Shown here piece by piece: positions 26,835-37,992 of a stretch of DNA of 56,214 bases. This DNA comes from Burkholderiales bacterium (GTDB taxonomy: Bacteria; Pseudomonadota; Gammaproteobacteria; Burkholderiales; Burkholderiaceae_C), in contig JANMSS010000027.1 in the NCBI GenBank assembly GCA_031389585.1, positions 1 through 56,214 of the forward strand, read 5' to 3'. The notes under the pieces were generated by a model. That model had not been told where the DNA came from, did no database searches, and saw only the letters and a list, made by a program, of their open reading frames with translations. Each line of letters opens with the position of its first letter. Position 1 is the stretch's first letter. Made by a program: the position numbers and the translations under genes.

Positions 26835-29800
26835 ATGCAGTTGCCGACCATTGCGCCGGGCAAGCGCTTCACCCTGCCACGTCCGGTCGGTTCGGCCGAC
26901 TCGATGCTGCTCGCGCGTCTGGCTCAGGGCTGGGCGCAACGGGGGCAGATCGGCACGATAGTCACCGCCGACCCCGCCGACACGCAGCGCCTGGCTGACG
27001 AGTTGCCCTTCTTTGCTCCGGGCTTGCGGATTGCGGTGTTTCCCGACTGGGAGACGCTGCCCTATGACACCTTCAGCCCGCACCAGGACCTGATTTCGGA
27101 GCGCCTGGCCACGATGTGGCGACTGCTGTCGCTGAAGGACGTCGATGTGGTGCTGCTGCCGGCCACGACCGCACTGACACGGTTGGCGCCGCCGGCGTTC
27201 CTGGCCGCAACCACCTTCCAGTTCAAGCAAAGGGACAAGCTCGACGAGGCCGCACTGAAGTCCCAGCTGACCCTGGGCGGCTACCAGCATGTCAGCCAGG
27301 TGGTGTCGCCCGGCGAGTACGCGGTACGCGGTGGTCTGATCGACCTGTTCCCGATGGGCTCGACAGTGCCCTACCGCATCGACCTGTTCGACGACGAGAT
27401 CGACTCGATCCGCACCTTTGACCCCGACTCGCAGCGCAGCCTGTACCCGGTGCCCGACATCCGCCTGCTGCCAGGCCGTGAGTTCCCGATGGACGACGCG
27501 GCGCGCTCGACCTTCCGCGCCCGCTGGCGCGAGAAGCTCGAAGGCGACCCGACCAAGAGCCGCATCTACAAGGATCTGGGTGCTGGTATCGCCACCGCCG
27601 GCATCGAGTACTACCTGCCGCTGTTCTTCGAGCAGACCGCGACACTGTTCGACTACCTCGGCGCGCAGGCCACCATGGTCCTGCATGGCGACATCGACGA
27701 AGCGCTGGGCCGTTTCTGGACCGACACCCGCGAGCGCCATCGCTTCTTGCAGCACGACCCCGAGCGGCCGATCCTGGCGCCCGAAGAGATCTTTCTGAAG
27801 AGCGAAGAGTTCTTCGCCCTGACGCAGCCGCATGCCACCTTGGCGCTGCGCGGCAGCGCCCCGGTCGATTGGGCCCGCCCGCTGCCCGATGTGGCCATCG
27901 ACCGCGGCGCCACCGAACCCATGGCGCTGCTGGAGCGTCACATCGACGGCACTGCCGCGCGCGTGTTGCTCGTGGCCGAGAGCGAAGGCCGGCGCGAGAG
28001 CCTGCTCGAGTTGCTGCGCGACCACCGCATCGAGGTGCCCAGCGTCGATTCGCTGGCCGCGTTCGAAGCCGGCGACGAGAAGGTGGCGATCGCCGCCGCG
28101 CCGCTGGCTGCCGGCTTCCATTGGCAACGCGACGGTGGCGCGGCGGCGATCCAGTTCATCACCGAGACCGAACTGTTCTCGACCGCGCCGACATCGCGCC
28201 GGCGCAGGAAGCAGGAACAGGTCAGCAACGTCGATGCGCTGATCAAGGATCTGTCGGAGCTGAAGATTGGCGACCCTGTCGTGCACATCAACCACGGCAT
28301 CGGACGCTATGTCGGCCTGATCCACATCGACCTCGGCGACGGCCCTTCTGAATTCCTGCACCTCGAGTACGCCGAGAAGGCCACGCTCTACGTGCCGGTG
28401 GCCCAGCTGCACCTGATCGGCCGCTACACGGGGGTCTCGGCCGACGAGGCCCCGCTGCACCGACTGGGCTCGGGCCAATGGGAAAAGGCCAAGCGCAAGG
28501 CTGCCGAGCAGGTTCGTGATACCGCCGCCGAGCTGTTGAACTTGTACGCCCGCCGCGCCGCCCGCGAAGGCTACGCCCACCGCTACTCGGCGCACGACTA
28601 CGAGGCCTTTGCGGCCAGCTTCGCGTTCGAGGAGACACCCGACCAGCGTGCCGCGATCCACGCCGTGATCCAGGACCTGGTGAGCCCGAAGCCGATGGAC
28701 CGGCTGATCTGTGGCGATGTCGGTTTCGGCAAGACCGAGGTCGCTCTGCGCGCGGCCTTTGTCAGTGTCATCGGCGGTAAACAGGTCGCACTGCTGGCGC
28801 CGACCACGTTGCTGACCGAGCAGCACTTTCAGAACATCGTCGATCGCTTCGGCAAGTGGCCGGTCAAGGTCGCCGAGCTGTCGCGCTTTCGCTCGACAAA
28901 GGAAATCAACGCGGCGCTGGCGGGCATCGAGGCCGGCACGATCGATATCGTCGTCGGCACCCACAAGCTGCTGTCCAAGGACGTCCGGTTCAAGCGGCTG
29001 GGCCTGCTGATCATCGACGAGGAGCACCGCTTCGGCGTGCGCCACAAGGAAGCGATCAAGGCGCTGCGCGCCGACGTCGATGTGTTGACGCTGACGGCCA
29101 CACCGATCCCGCGCACGCTGGGCATGGCGCTCGAGGGCCTGCGCGACTTGAGCGTGATCGCCACTGCGCCGCAGCGCAGGCTGTCGATCAAGACCTTCGT
29201 TCGCGACGAGTCCAAGGGCACGATCCGCGAGGCCGTGCTGCGCGAGTTGAAGCGCGGCGGCCAGGTCTACTTCTTGCACAACGAAGTCGAGACGATCGCT
29301 CACCGCCGCGACCAACTGGCCGAGCTGCTGCCCGAGGCGCGGATCGCCATTGCGCATGGCCAGATGCCCGAGCGCGAACTCGAGCGCGTGATGCGCGACT
29401 TCGTGGCCCAGCGCCACAACCTGCTGCTGTGCTCGACGATCATCGAGACCGGCATCGATGTGCCCACCGCCAACACGATCGTCATCAGCCGCGCCGACAA
29501 GTTCGGCCTGGCGCAGTTGCACCAGCTGCGGGGGCGCGTTGGCCGCAGCCACCACCAGGCCTATGCTTACCTGCTGGTGCCCGATGTCGAAGGCCTGACC
29601 AAGCAGGCCGCGATGCGCCTGGAGGCGATCCAGCAGATGGAGGAGCTCGGAAGTGGCTTCTACCTCGCGATGCACGACCTCGAGATCCGCGGCGCCGGCG
29701 AAGTGCTGGGCGAAAATCAGAGCGGCAACATGATGGAGATCGGTTTCCAGCTCTACAACGAGATGCTGGCCGAGGCCGTGCGCTCGCTGCGCGCCGGTCG

Positions 29801-30284
29801 CGAGCCCGACCTGCTCTCGCCGCTGGCAGCCACCACCGAGATCAACCTGCACGCCCCGGCCCTGCTGCCCGATGCCTATTGCGGCGACGTGCACACCCGG
29901 TTGAACCTCTACAAGCGCCTGGCCACGGCCGACACGCCCGAGCACATCGACACCTTGCTCGAGGAGATCACCGACCGCTTCGGCAAGCTGCCCGCGCAGG
30001 GCCAGACCCTGTTCGACACGCACCGCCTGCGGGTGCTGGCCAAGCCCTACGGCGTGCTCAAGATCGATGCGGCGCCGCGGCTGGCGGTGATTGCGTTTCG
30101 CCCGAACCCGCCGATCGATGCACTGCGCATCATCGAACTGGTGCAGAAAAACCGGCACATCAAGCTGGCTGGCAACGACAAGTTGCGGATCGAGCGGGAA
30201 ACGCCGAACGCCCAGGAGCGCGCACAGCTGATTCGCGATGTGCTGCGAGCGCTCGGACCGCCGAGCACGGCCACTGCTGCCTAG
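26835..30284 (+). CDS. mfd: Transcription-repair coupling factor
   Basis: 1149 aa. UvrB-homology N-terminus, an RNAP-interaction domain (VVHINHGIGRY), superfamily 2 helicase motifs (GDVGFGKTEVA, DEEHRFGV, LTATPIPRT) and a TRG motif/C-terminal domain. Confidence 0.93.
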   Translation: MQLPTIAPGKRFTLPRPVGSADSMLLARLAQGWAQRGQIGTIVTADPADTQRLADELPFFAPGLRIAVFPDWETLPYDTFSPHQDLISERLATMWRLLSLKDVDVVLLPATTALTRLAPPAFLAATTFQFKQRDKLDEAALKSQLTLGGYQHVSQVVSPGEYAVRGGLIDLFPMGSTVPYRIDLFDDEIDSIRTFDPDSQRSLYPVPDIRLLPGREFPMDDAARSTFRARWREKLEGDPTKSRIYKDLGAGIATAGIEYYLPLFFEQTATLFDYLGAQATMVLHGDIDEALGRFWTDTRERHRFLQHDPERPILAPEEIFLKSEEFFALTQPHATLALRGSAPVDWARPLPDVAIDRGATEPMALLERHIDGTAARVLLVAESEGRRESLLELLRDHRIEVPSVDSLAAFEAGDEKVAIAAAPLAAGFHWQRDGGAAAIQFITETELFSTAPTSRRRRKQEQVSNVDALIKDLSELKIGDPVVHINHGIGRYVGLIHIDLGDGPSEFLHLEYAEKATLYVPVAQLHLIGRYTGVSADEAPLHRLGSGQWEKAKRKAAEQVRDTAAELLNLYARRAAREGYAHRYSAHDYEAFAASFAFEETPDQRAAIHAVIQDLVSPKPMDRLICGDVGFGKTEVALRAAFVSVIGGKQVALLAPTTLLTEQHFQNIVDRFGKWPVKVAELSRFRSTKEINAALAGIEAGTIDIVVGTHKLLSKDVRFKRLGLLIIDEEHRFGVRHKEAIKALRADVDVLTLTATPIPRTLGMALEGLRDLSVIATAPQRRLSIKTFVRDESKGTIREAVLRELKRGGQVYFLHNEVETIAHRRDQLAELLPEARIAIAHGQMPERELERVMRDFVAQRHNLLLCSTIIETGIDVPTANTIVISRADKFGLAQLHQLRGRVGRSHHQAYAYLLVPDVEGLTKQAAMRLEAIQQMEELGSGFYLAMHDLEIRGAGEVLGENQSGNMMEIGFQLYNEMLAEAVRSLRAGREPDLLSPLAATTEINLHAPALLPDAYCGDVHTRLNLYKRLATADTPEHIDTLLEEITDRFGKLPAQGQTLFDTHRLRVLAKPYGVLKIDAAPRLAVIAFRPNPPIDALRIIELVQKNRHIKLAGNDKLRIERETPNAQERAQLIRDVLRALGPPSTATAA

Positions 30285-30349
30285 CCGAGCAGGTTACGCC
30301 GTAGCAGACGGGATAATCCCGACGCTCTCACCTGCCAGCCGACCCCATC

Positions 30350-31066
30350 GTGCACGCCGTCACACACAGCCCCGGACTGACACTGCGCGGCTTCAGGCCG
30401 CCCAAGCGCTTGACCGACTTCCGATTGATCGCGTTCGACATGGACTCGACGCTGATCAATATCGAATCCATCGACGAAATCGCCGCCATGGCAGGCCGTA
30501 AGGCCGAGGTCGCGGCCATCACCGAGGCGGCAATGCGTGGCGAGATCAGCGACTACAAGGCCAGCCTGCGCCAACGGGTTGCACTGCTGCGCGGCGTGCC
30601 AGTTGACGCCCTGGAACAGGTCTACAGCCAGCGCCTGCAACTCAACCCGGGCGCTGAGACGCTGGTGCGCGCCTGCCAGGCCGCCGGTCTGAAGACCCTG
30701 CTGGTGTCGGGTGGCTTCACCTTCTTTACCGACCGCGTGCGCGACCGACTGTGCCTGGACTTCACGCGCAGCAACGTGCTCGAAGTTGTCGACGGCGCCT
30801 TGACCGGCTGCATGGTCGACCAGCCCTGGGGTGACATCTGCGACGGCGAAGAGAAGAAACGCATGCTGCTGCAGACTTGCGAGGGCCTGGACATCTCGCC
30901 TCAGCAGGCGATTGTCGTGGGCGACGGCGCCAACGACTTGCCGATGATGGCAGTAGCCGGCCTGTCGGTGGGCTACCACGCCAAGGCGCGCGTGCGTGAG
31001 CAGGCGATGGTGGCGATTGACCGCGGTGGGCTCGACCGCTTGCTGGAAGTCGTGACTCCCGCGTAG
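30350..31066 (+). CDS. serB: Phosphoserine phosphatase (HAD superfamily)
   Basis: FDMDSTLI (DxDxT), SGGF and GDGANDLPM motifs are present. The start is GTG at 30350 and is moderately uncertain. Confidence 0.8.
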   Translation: MHAVTHSPGLTLRGFRPPKRLTDFRLIAFDMDSTLINIESIDEIAAMAGRKAEVAAITEAAMRGEISDYKASLRQRVALLRGVPVDALEQVYSQRLQLNPGAETLVRACQAAGLKTLLVSGGFTFFTDRVRDRLCLDFTRSNVLEVVDGALTGCMVDQPWGDICDGEEKKRMLLQTCEGLDISPQQAIVVGDGANDLPMMAVAGLSVGYHAKARVREQAMVAIDRGGLDRLLEVVTPA

Positions 31067-31120
31067 GACACCCCTGTCCTTCGGGATGGCGATCACGTGC
31101 GGACGGGCTAGACTTCAACG

Positions 31121-31963
31121 GTGATGTTTCGTATGGCACTGCACTTCACCGCTTGGGTGGTCGCTGCGACCGCGTCAGCAGGATGGGCCGCGGAAGTCCA
31201 ACCCGACGCGGCCGCCGTGGTCCCGCGCAATAGCGCGCAGGCGGTTGCAGACATGTGTCGGATGGCGCGACGCGGTGACGCCGAGTCGCAGTACCAACTG
31301 GCCTGGATTTTCGCGCACGGCCGCGGCGAGGAGCGTCGCGATGGCTGGGCGGCGTACCTGTTCTTCGCGGCGTCGACCCAAGGCCACAAGGATGCCAGGC
31401 ACATGCTGCAGTCGGTGACCTGGCCGGCGGCAGAGGTGCCGGCATGCTTCACACGTGCCACCGCAGCGCTGCCAGCGCCGGTGGCGGCGACGGTGGTCGT
31501 GACCGCACCGCCGCACATCGAAAAATTGGTGCACCGGCTTGCACCCCAGTTCCAGATCGCGCCGCAGTTCGCGTTGGCGATCATTGCCGTCGAGTCGAAT
31601 TTCGACGTGGCGGCACTCTCGTCGCAGAACGCGCAGGGGCTGATGCAGTTGATCCCGCAGACCGCCAGACGCTTCGGCGTGCGCAACCCATTCGATGCGC
31701 AACAAAACATCCGCGGCGGCATGGCCTACCTGCGCTGGCTGTCGGCGTACTTCGAAGGCAACACGGCGCTGGTGGCCGCGGCCTACAACGCTGGCGAGGG
31801 CGCCGTCGAGCGCCATCGCGGCGTGCCGCCGTTCGACGAGACGCGCGAGTATGTGCGCCGAGTAATAGCCCGCGTCGGCAATGCGCCGCAACCCTTTGAC
31901 GCCCGGGTCACGCCGCCGTCGCCGAAACTCTCCGAAATGCGCCAGGCGACCAAGCCCAGCTGA
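31121..31963 (+). CDS. Lytic transglycosylase (SLT domain) with an N-terminal Sel1-like repeat region
   Basis: Signal peptide, then Sel1-like repeats (AESQYQLAWIFAHGRG...AAYLFFAASTQGH), then SLT motifs (AVESNF, GLMQLIP, AYNAGEGAV). Confidence 0.8.
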   Translation: MMFRMALHFTAWVVAATASAGWAAEVQPDAAAVVPRNSAQAVADMCRMARRGDAESQYQLAWIFAHGRGEERRDGWAAYLFFAASTQGHKDARHMLQSVTWPAAEVPACFTRATAALPAPVAATVVVTAPPHIEKLVHRLAPQFQIAPQFALAIIAVESNFDVAALSSQNAQGLMQLIPQTARRFGVRNPFDAQQNIRGGMAYLRWLSAYFEGNTALVAAAYNAGEGAVERHRGVPPFDETREYVRRVIARVGNAPQPFDARVTPPSPKLSEMRQATKPS

Positions 31964-31971
31964 GTTCAGGC

Positions 31972-34900
31972 TCAGCCCTCGATTTGCGCCCAGGCCTTCT
32001 CGAGTCGCTTGACGCTGACCGGCTGCGGCGTGCGCAGTTCCTGCGCGAACAGGCTGACGCGCAGCTCTTCCAGCAGCCAGCCGTACTCGTCAAGCCGTGG
32101 GTCTGGCGAACCACGGCGCTCGGAGACGCGACGCAGCCAGCGCTGTTCGAGCGGGCGCAACTCACCCAGGCGCTGCGCATCGCGCACCGGGTCCGCGCGC
32201 AGTTTGTCCAGGCGCATCACCACCGCGCGCAAGTAGCGCGGCAGCTGGGCCAGCGCAGGCCACGACGTCGCAATCAGGAATTGCTTGCCGACCAGACGCT
32301 GCAACTGAGCCGAGATGTCGTCCGCCCCTTCCTTGGACGCCTTGCTGTCCTTCAGCTTGCGCAGGGCATTGGCGTGCTCCTGCAGGACCGTCGCCGCAGC
32401 GCGCGCCACCTCCTGGGCGATCAGCGTCAAGCGGCCCCGCCCGGCTGCAATGCTGGCTTTGAAACTCACGGCGTCGCTGGGCAGCGAGTCGGCAAGAAAG
32501 GCGCGGTCAAGTGCGATCGCAATGATCTGCTGACGCAGTTCGTCGGCGCTGCCGAGCGAGATGAATTGGGTGGCCATGCGCGGCAGGTCCGGGATGTTCT
32601 TCTCCAGGTACTTCAGCGGCTCTTTCAGTTGCAGCGCGATCAGTCGGCGCAGACCCGCGCGGTGCTTGACCGCAGCCACATCGGGTTGGTCGAAGACCTC
32701 GATCTCGACGCCAGTGGTCTTGTCGATCAGCGCGGGAAACCCAACCAGCGTCTGGCCAGCCTTGTGCAGTTCCATCAGCTCAGGCAGGTCGCCAAAAGTC
32801 CAGTCGGTGTACTGCGCCGATGGCGCCGCCGCGGCAATGGGCGCGGCGGGCGCCGGCACGTTGCCATTGCGCGCCGGCTCGGCGGCTGGCGCGGTCGCCG
32901 CTGCCGCCGTCAACTTCAACCCGGCCAGGGCCTGGAAAGCCGATCGCGCCTGCACACCGAGCTCGGACTTCAGTGCCGCCAGGTTGCGGCCAGTGCCGAG
33001 CAGACGGCCATGCTCGTCGACGATACGGAAGTTCATCCACAAATGCGGGGCCACGGTCTCGAGCTTGAAGTCGTCGCGTTGCACGGCAATCTGGGTGCGT
33101 TCGCGCACGGCCTTGAGCAAGGCGTCGACCAGGCTGCCCTGGGCGAACGGCGTGCCGGCGCAGAACTCATCGGCATAGTCGGGCAGCGGCACCAGGCGCG
33201 AACGCGGGCGCTGGTGCAGGCTCTTGACCAGCGCCAGCACCTTGGCGGGCAGCATGCCCGGCACCAGCCATTCGCAGCGCTCGTCGTTGACTTGGTTCAG
33301 CGCGTAGATCGGCAGCGTCACGGTCAGGCCGTCCTTGGCGTCACCGGGCTGGTGCAGGTAGCTGGCGGGGCAGTCGATGCCGCCCAGGCGAATCATCTTC
33401 GGGAATGTGGCCGTGGTGATGCCCGCGGCCTCGTGGCGCATCAACTCATCGCGCGTCAGTTTCAGCAGCTCGGGCTGACGCTTGGCTTCGTCGCGGTACC
33501 AGCGCTCGAAGCTCGCGCCGCTGGCCACGTCTGCAGGCACCTGCTGCTCATAGAAGGCGAAGATCAGGTCGTCATCGATCAGCACGTCCTGGCGCCGCGC
33601 CTTGTGCTCCAGTTCCTGAACCTGGCGGATCAACTTCTGGTTGTGGGCCAGGAATCCGAGTTTGGTTTCCCACTCGCCGTGCACCAGCGCCTCGCGAATG
33701 AAGATCTCGCGCGCCGCGGGCGGGTCGATGCGGCCGAAGTTGACCTTCCGGTTGTTGTAGACCACCAGGCCATACAAGGTCGCGCGTTCAAGTGCCACCA
33801 CTTCGGCCGCCTTCTTCTCCCAATGCGGCTCGAGCAGTTGCCGCTTCAACAAGTGGTCGCCAAGGCGTTCGATCCAGGTTGGTTCGATGGCGGCCAGGCC
33901 TCGCCCGAACAGGCGTGTCGTTTCGACGAGTTCGGCCGCCATCAGCCAGCGCCCCGGTTTCTTCGACAGGTTCGCGCCGGGGTGGCGCCAGAACTTGATG
34001 CCACGTGCACCGAGGTACCAGTCGTCGTCATCAGCCTTGCAGCCGATGTTGCCGAGCAGACCCGCCAGCAGCGCCAGGTGGACCTGCTCATAGTTGGCCG
34101 CCGTCGTGTTGAGCCGCCAGCCATGTTCGGCGACGACGGTCAACAACTGCGAGTGAATGTCGCGCCATTCGCGCACCCGGCGCGGTGAGATGAAGTGCTC
34201 GCGCAGGCGTTGCTCCTGCTGGCGATTGGAGAGCTTGTGTTCCTTGTGCTCGGCACTGTGACCGCGACCGACTTCGAGCCACTGCCACAGCTTCAATGTG
34301 CCGCTGAACTCGCTGCGGTCGTCGTCAAAAGGCTTGTGCTTCTCGTCGGCGGCCTGCGCGCGCTCCTGAGGCCGATCGCGCACATCCTGACCCGACAGCG
34401 CAGCGGCAATGATCAACACTTCCGTGAGCGACTGTCGCTCGCGCGCTTCGACAATCATGCGGCCGATGCGCGGGTCCAGCGGCAGGCGGGCGAGTTCGCG
34501 ACCGGTGGCGGTGAGTTCGTTGATCTCGTCGACCGCGCCGAGTTCGCCGAGCAGCGCGTAGCCATCGGCGATGGCCTTCTTCGGTGGTGGCTCGAGGAAT
34601 GGGAAGTCCTCGACCAAGCCGAGACCGAGCGACTTCATGCGCAGGATCACGCCGGCCAGCGAGCTGCGCAGGATTTCGGGGTCGGTGAAGCGCGGCCGTC
34701 CGGCGAAATCGACTTCGTCGTAGAGCCGGATGCAAATGCCACCCGCCACGCGGCCGCAGCGGCCGGCACGTTGGTTGGCGGCCGCCTGGCTGATGGCCTC
34801 GACCTGCAGTTGCTCGACCTTGTTGCGGTAGCTGTAGCGCTTGACACGGGCCAGGCCGGCGTCGACCACGTAGCGGATGCCGGGCACCGTGAGTGAAGTC

Positions 34901-35811
34901 TCGGCGACGTTGGTGGCCAGCACGATGCGCGGTAGACCGCCCGTCTCGAACACTCGATCCTGCTCGGCCTGTGACAGGCGCGCGAACAGCGGCAGGATCT
35001 GTCGGTCGCGCTGACGCGGGTCATGGGCCAGGTGTTTGCGCAAGTGGTCGGTGGTCTCGCGGATTTCCCGCTCGCCGGGCAGGAAGACCAGGATGTCGCC
35101 CCCCGCGCCGCCCTTCCAGAGCTCGTCGACCGCGTCGGCGATCGCCACGCTGAGGTCGCGGTCGCGAGTCTCCTCGAACGGCCGCCACCGCTGTTCGACC
35201 GGGAACAGGCGACCCGAGACCTGGATCACCGGGGCGGCCCCGTGCACGCCGGCGAAGTGTTGTGCAAAGCGCTCGGCGTCGATGGTGGCCGAGGTGACGA
35301 TGACCTTGAGGTCTGGCCGCCGCGGCAGAATCTGGTTGAGGTGGCCAATCAGGAAATCGATGTTCAGCGAACGCTCATGGGCCTCGTCAATGATCAGCGT
35401 GTCATAGGCGCGCAGCAAAGGATCGCTCTGCGTTTCGGCCAGCAGGATGCCATCGGTCATCAGCTTGACCGAGGCGCCGGGCTGCAGCCGGTCCTGGAAA
35501 CGCACTTTGAAGCCGACCACGGCACCCAGCGGCGTCTGCAGTTCGTCGGCGATGCGCTTGGCCACGCTCGACGCCGCGATGCGTCGCGGCTGCGTGTGGC
35601 CGATCAACTTGCCGGTGTGGGCGCGTCCTCGCCCCAGCGAGAGCGCGATCTTGGGCAGCTGGGTGGTTTTGCCCGAGCCGGTTTCGCCGCACACGATGAC
35701 GACTTGGTGCGCCGCGATGGCGCGCGCAATCTCGTCGCGCCGTGCGGATACCGGCAGCGCCTCGGGGAAGGTGATGCGCGGAAGCGGGGTCGGGAGGAAG
35801 TCGGCAGGCAC
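31972..35811 (-). CDS. hrpA: ATP-dependent RNA helicase HrpA (DEAH box)
   Basis: GETGSGKTTQLPK, DEAHERS, SATID, TNVAETSLT and QRAGRCGR motifs, plus HA2/OB domains and the long HrpA C-terminal extension. GTG start at 35811. Confidence 0.9.
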   Translation of the reverse strand: MPADFLPTPLPRITFPEALPVSARRDEIARAIAAHQVVIVCGETGSGKTTQLPKIALSLGRGRAHTGKLIGHTQPRRIAASSVAKRIADELQTPLGAVVGFKVRFQDRLQPGASVKLMTDGILLAETQSDPLLRAYDTLIIDEAHERSLNIDFLIGHLNQILPRRPDLKVIVTSATIDAERFAQHFAGVHGAAPVIQVSGRLFPVEQRWRPFEETRDRDLSVAIADAVDELWKGGAGGDILVFLPGEREIRETTDHLRKHLAHDPRQRDRQILPLFARLSQAEQDRVFETGGLPRIVLATNVAETSLTVPGIRYVVDAGLARVKRYSYRNKVEQLQVEAISQAAANQRAGRCGRVAGGICIRLYDEVDFAGRPRFTDPEILRSSLAGVILRMKSLGLGLVEDFPFLEPPPKKAIADGYALLGELGAVDEINELTATGRELARLPLDPRIGRMIVEARERQSLTEVLIIAAALSGQDVRDRPQERAQAADEKHKPFDDDRSEFSGTLKLWQWLEVGRGHSAEHKEHKLSNRQQEQRLREHFISPRRVREWRDIHSQLLTVVAEHGWRLNTTAANYEQVHLALLAGLLGNIGCKADDDDWYLGARGIKFWRHPGANLSKKPGRWLMAAELVETTRLFGRGLAAIEPTWIERLGDHLLKRQLLEPHWEKKAAEVVALERATLYGLVVYNNRKVNFGRIDPPAAREIFIREALVHGEWETKLGFLAHNQKLIRQVQELEHKARRQDVLIDDDLIFAFYEQQVPADVASGASFERWYRDEAKRQPELLKLTRDELMRHEAAGITTATFPKMIRLGGIDCPASYLHQPGDAKDGLTVTLPIYALNQVNDERCEWLVPGMLPAKVLALVKSLHQRPRSRLVPLPDYADEFCAGTPFAQGSLVDALLKAVRERTQIAVQRDDFKLETVAPHLWMNFRIVDEHGRLLGTGRNLAALKSELGVQARSAFQALAGLKLTAAAATAPAAEPARNGNVPAPAAPIAAAAPSAQYTDWTFGDLPELMELHKAGQTLVGFPALIDKTTGVEIEVFDQPDVAAVKHRAGLRRLIALQLKEPLKYLEKNIPDLPRMATQFISLGSADELRQQIIAIALDRAFLADSLPSDAVSFKASIAAGRGRLTLIAQEVARAAATVLQEHANALRKLKDSKASKEGADDISAQLQRLVGKQFLIATSWPALAQLPRYLRAVVMRLDKLRADPVRDAQRLGELRPLEQRWLRRVSERRGSPDPRLDEYGWLLEELRVSLFAQELRTPQPVSVKRLEKAWAQIEG

Positions 35812-35879
35812 GGGGCGCGGATTATCCGCGCCCCGTCTCGGGCCGCCTCAAGCGGCGCAATCACCCGCCCGCCGTCAGT

Positions 35880-36263
35880 TCACATGCTGTAGGTGATGAC
35901 GCTCAGCGCGGCGCCCTGGGGATCCTGGATCACCGCCATGCGGCCGACGCCTTTGACCTCCATCGGCTCCATCAGCACGCTGCCGCCGAGCTGCTTCACC
36001 TTGGCCAGCGTCTTGTCGACATCGTCCACCGTGACGTAGCAGCCCCACATCGAGGGCTTGCCCGCAGGCGTGCCCGGCGGCTTGCCCATGATGCCGCCGA
36101 CCGATACGTCACCGACCTTGAGCACGTGGTACGGCCCCGTACCGACGTCCATGTTCTCGGCCTTCCAGCCGAACAGGGTCCCGTAGAACTCGACAGCTGC
36201 TTTCGGGTTGCTCGTCATCAACTCCGACCAGCTGAAAGCACCCTGTGTCTTGTAGGCATCCAT
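35880..36263 (-). CDS. VOC-family (glyoxalase-like) protein, stand-alone
   Basis: 127 aa (FSWSELMTSNPKAAVEFYGTLFGW...GRMAVIQDPQGAALSVI). AAGGAG lies upstream of the ATG at 36263. The ORF-track extension to 36593 is rejected. Confidence 0.75.
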   Translation of the reverse strand: MDAYKTQGAFSWSELMTSNPKAAVEFYGTLFGWKAENMDVGTGPYHVLKVGDVSVGGIMGKPPGTPAGKPSMWGCYVTVDDVDKTLAKVKQLGGSVLMEPMEVKGVGRMAVIQDPQGAALSVITYSM

Positions 36264-36359
36264 CGTAGGCTCCTTTGGCAAAGTAGGGGCAACATGCTGC
36301 GCCCCGCGCGATCGGCCGTCAATGCCGCTGCGACGGCCTGCGGCACAATCCACGCCGCA

Positions 36360-37700
36360 ATGAGCCTTGTCTTCCCCCACACCTTCGTACCGTGGTTTCG
36401 TTCGGTCGCACCGTACATCCATGCTTACCGCGGCAAGACTTTTGTCGTCGCTATGGCCGGCGAAGGCATCGCTGCGGGCAAGTTGTCGGCCTTCGTGCAC
36501 GACCTGGCGATACTGAACGCCATGGGCATCAAGCTGGTCCTGGTGCATGGCTTTCGACCCCAGGTCAGCGAGCAGCTGAAGGCGAAGGGCCACCCCGAGC
36601 GATTCAGCGGTGGCCTGCGCATCACCGATGAATTGGCGCTCGATTGCGCGCAGGAGGCCGCGGGCCAGTTGCGCTTCGAGATCGAAGCCGCTTTTTCACA
36701 GGGCCTGCCTAACACCCCGATGGCGAACGCCACGCTGCGCGTCATCTCCGGCAACTTCCTTACTGCGCGGCCGGTCGGTATCGTCGACGGCGTCGACTTC
36801 ATGCACACAGGCGTGGTGCGCAAGGTCGATGCCGTGGCAATTCGCCGCGCCATCGATACCGGCGCCGTGGTGCTGCTGTCGCCGTTCGGCTTCTCCCCCA
36901 CTGGGGAAGCCTTCAACCTGACAATGGAAGACGTGGCCACGTCGGCGGCGATCGCGCTGCAGACCGACAAGCTGCTGTTCATCACCGAAGTGCCTGGGAT
37001 TCGCGAGCACAGCGACGACGCCAACGGCGAAATCGATACCGAACTGACCCTGGCGGACGCCGAGCGGCTGCTCGCCGCATTGCCCCCGCCGACCCAGCCG
37101 ACCGATGTGGCCTTCTACCTTCGCCATTGCGTCAAGGCCTGTCGCGAGGGCGTCGAGCGCTCGCACATCCTGCCCTTTGGCGTCGACGGCGCGCTGCTGC
37201 AGGAGATTTACACGCACGATGGCATCGGTACGATGGTGGTCGACGAAAAGCTCGAGAGCCTGCGCGAGGCGACCAGCGACGATGTCGGCGGCATCCTGCA
37301 GCTGATCGAGCCGTTCGAGCGCGACGGAACGCTGGTGCGCCGCGAGCGCACCGAGATCGAGCGCGACATCGCCAACTACACCGTGATCGAGCACGACGGC
37401 GTGATCTTTGGTTGTGCCGCGCTCTATCCTTACCCTGAAGCGGCGACCGCTGAGATGGCAGCGCTGACCGTCAGCCCGCAGGTGCAGGGTCAGGGCGATG
37501 GTGAGCGGATCCTCAAGCGCGTCGAGCAGCGCGCGCGCATCATGGGTCTTTCCAGCATTTTTGTGCTGACAACGCGCACCATGCACTGGTTCATAAAACG
37601 CGGGTTCGTGCCCGCCGAAGCCGATTGGCTTCCCGAGGCGCGCAAGCGCAAGTACAACTGGGATCGGCGCTCTCTGGTGCTGATCAAACACCTCAAATGA
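36360..37700 (+). CDS. argA: Amino-acid N-acetyltransferase (N-acetylglutamate synthase)
   Basis: An amino-acid kinase fold N-terminus ([27 protein letters not shown]) plus a C-terminal GNAT domain ([17 protein letters not shown]). The start is either ATG 36360 or ATG 36294. Confidence 0.85.
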   Translation: MSLVFPHTFVPWFRSVAPYIHAYRGKTFVVAMAGEGIAAGKLSAFVHDLAILNAMGIKLVLVHGFRPQVSEQLKAKGHPERFSGGLRITDELALDCAQEAAGQLRFEIEAAFSQGLPNTPMANATLRVISGNFLTARPVGIVDGVDFMHTGVVRKVDAVAIRRAIDTGAVVLLSPFGFSPTGEAFNLTMEDVATSAAIALQTDKLLFITEVPGIREHSDDANGEIDTELTLADAERLLAALPPPTQPTDVAFYLRHCVKACREGVERSHILPFGVDGALLQEIYTHDGIGTMVVDEKLESLREATSDDVGGILQLIEPFERDGTLVRRERTEIERDIANYTVIEHDGVIFGCAALYPYPEAATAEMAALTVSPQVQGQGDGERILKRVEQRARIMGLSSIFVLTTRTMHWFIKRGFVPAEADWLPEARKRKYNWDRRSLVLIKHLK

Positions 37701-37719
37701 ACTTCGACGGAGCCCCGAT

Positions 37720-37992
37720 ATGACTCGCATGGTTGAGTGCACGTACCTGAAGAAGCAGGGCGAAGGCATGGTCTATCTGCCCTACCCGGGCGAGTTGGGC
37801 AAGCGCATCTACGACAACATTAGCAAGGAAGCCTTCGAGCTGTGGAAGAAGCACCAGACGATGCTGGTCAATGAGAACCGACTGAACCTGGCCGATGCGC
37901 GGGCGCGGCAGTATCTCGCGCGGCAGATGGAACAGTTCTTCTTCGGCGACGGTGGCGACAAGCCTGCGGGCTACGTGCCGCCTCCGCCCTGA
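37720..37992 (+). CDS. yggX: Fe(2+)-trafficking / oxidative-damage protection protein YggX
   Basis: 90 aa. The sequence [56 protein letters not shown] matches the YggX family throughout. Confidence 0.88.
   Translation: MTRMVECTYLKKQGEGMVYLPYPGELGKRIYDNISKEAFELWKKHQTMLVNENRLNLADARARQYLARQMEQFFFGDGGDKPAGYVPPPP

Noticed and set aside
26457-30158. Very long antisense ORFs. These include 1233 aa opposite mfd, 2946-5243(+) opposite the hydrolase and 5'-nucleotidase, and 14125-16074(+) opposite relA. Others are 21989-24241(+) opposite the permeases, 31984-34188(+) opposite hrpA, 42552-43886(-) opposite rpoD and 51227-53275(-) opposite dnaK.
   Set aside because: In a genome of about 67% GC, stop codons are depleted in antisense frames. 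The translations are Arg/Ala/Gly/His/Gln-rich with no recognisable motifs. The opposite strand encodes unmistakable conserved proteins over the same span. None has a plausible RBS or independent intergenic space.
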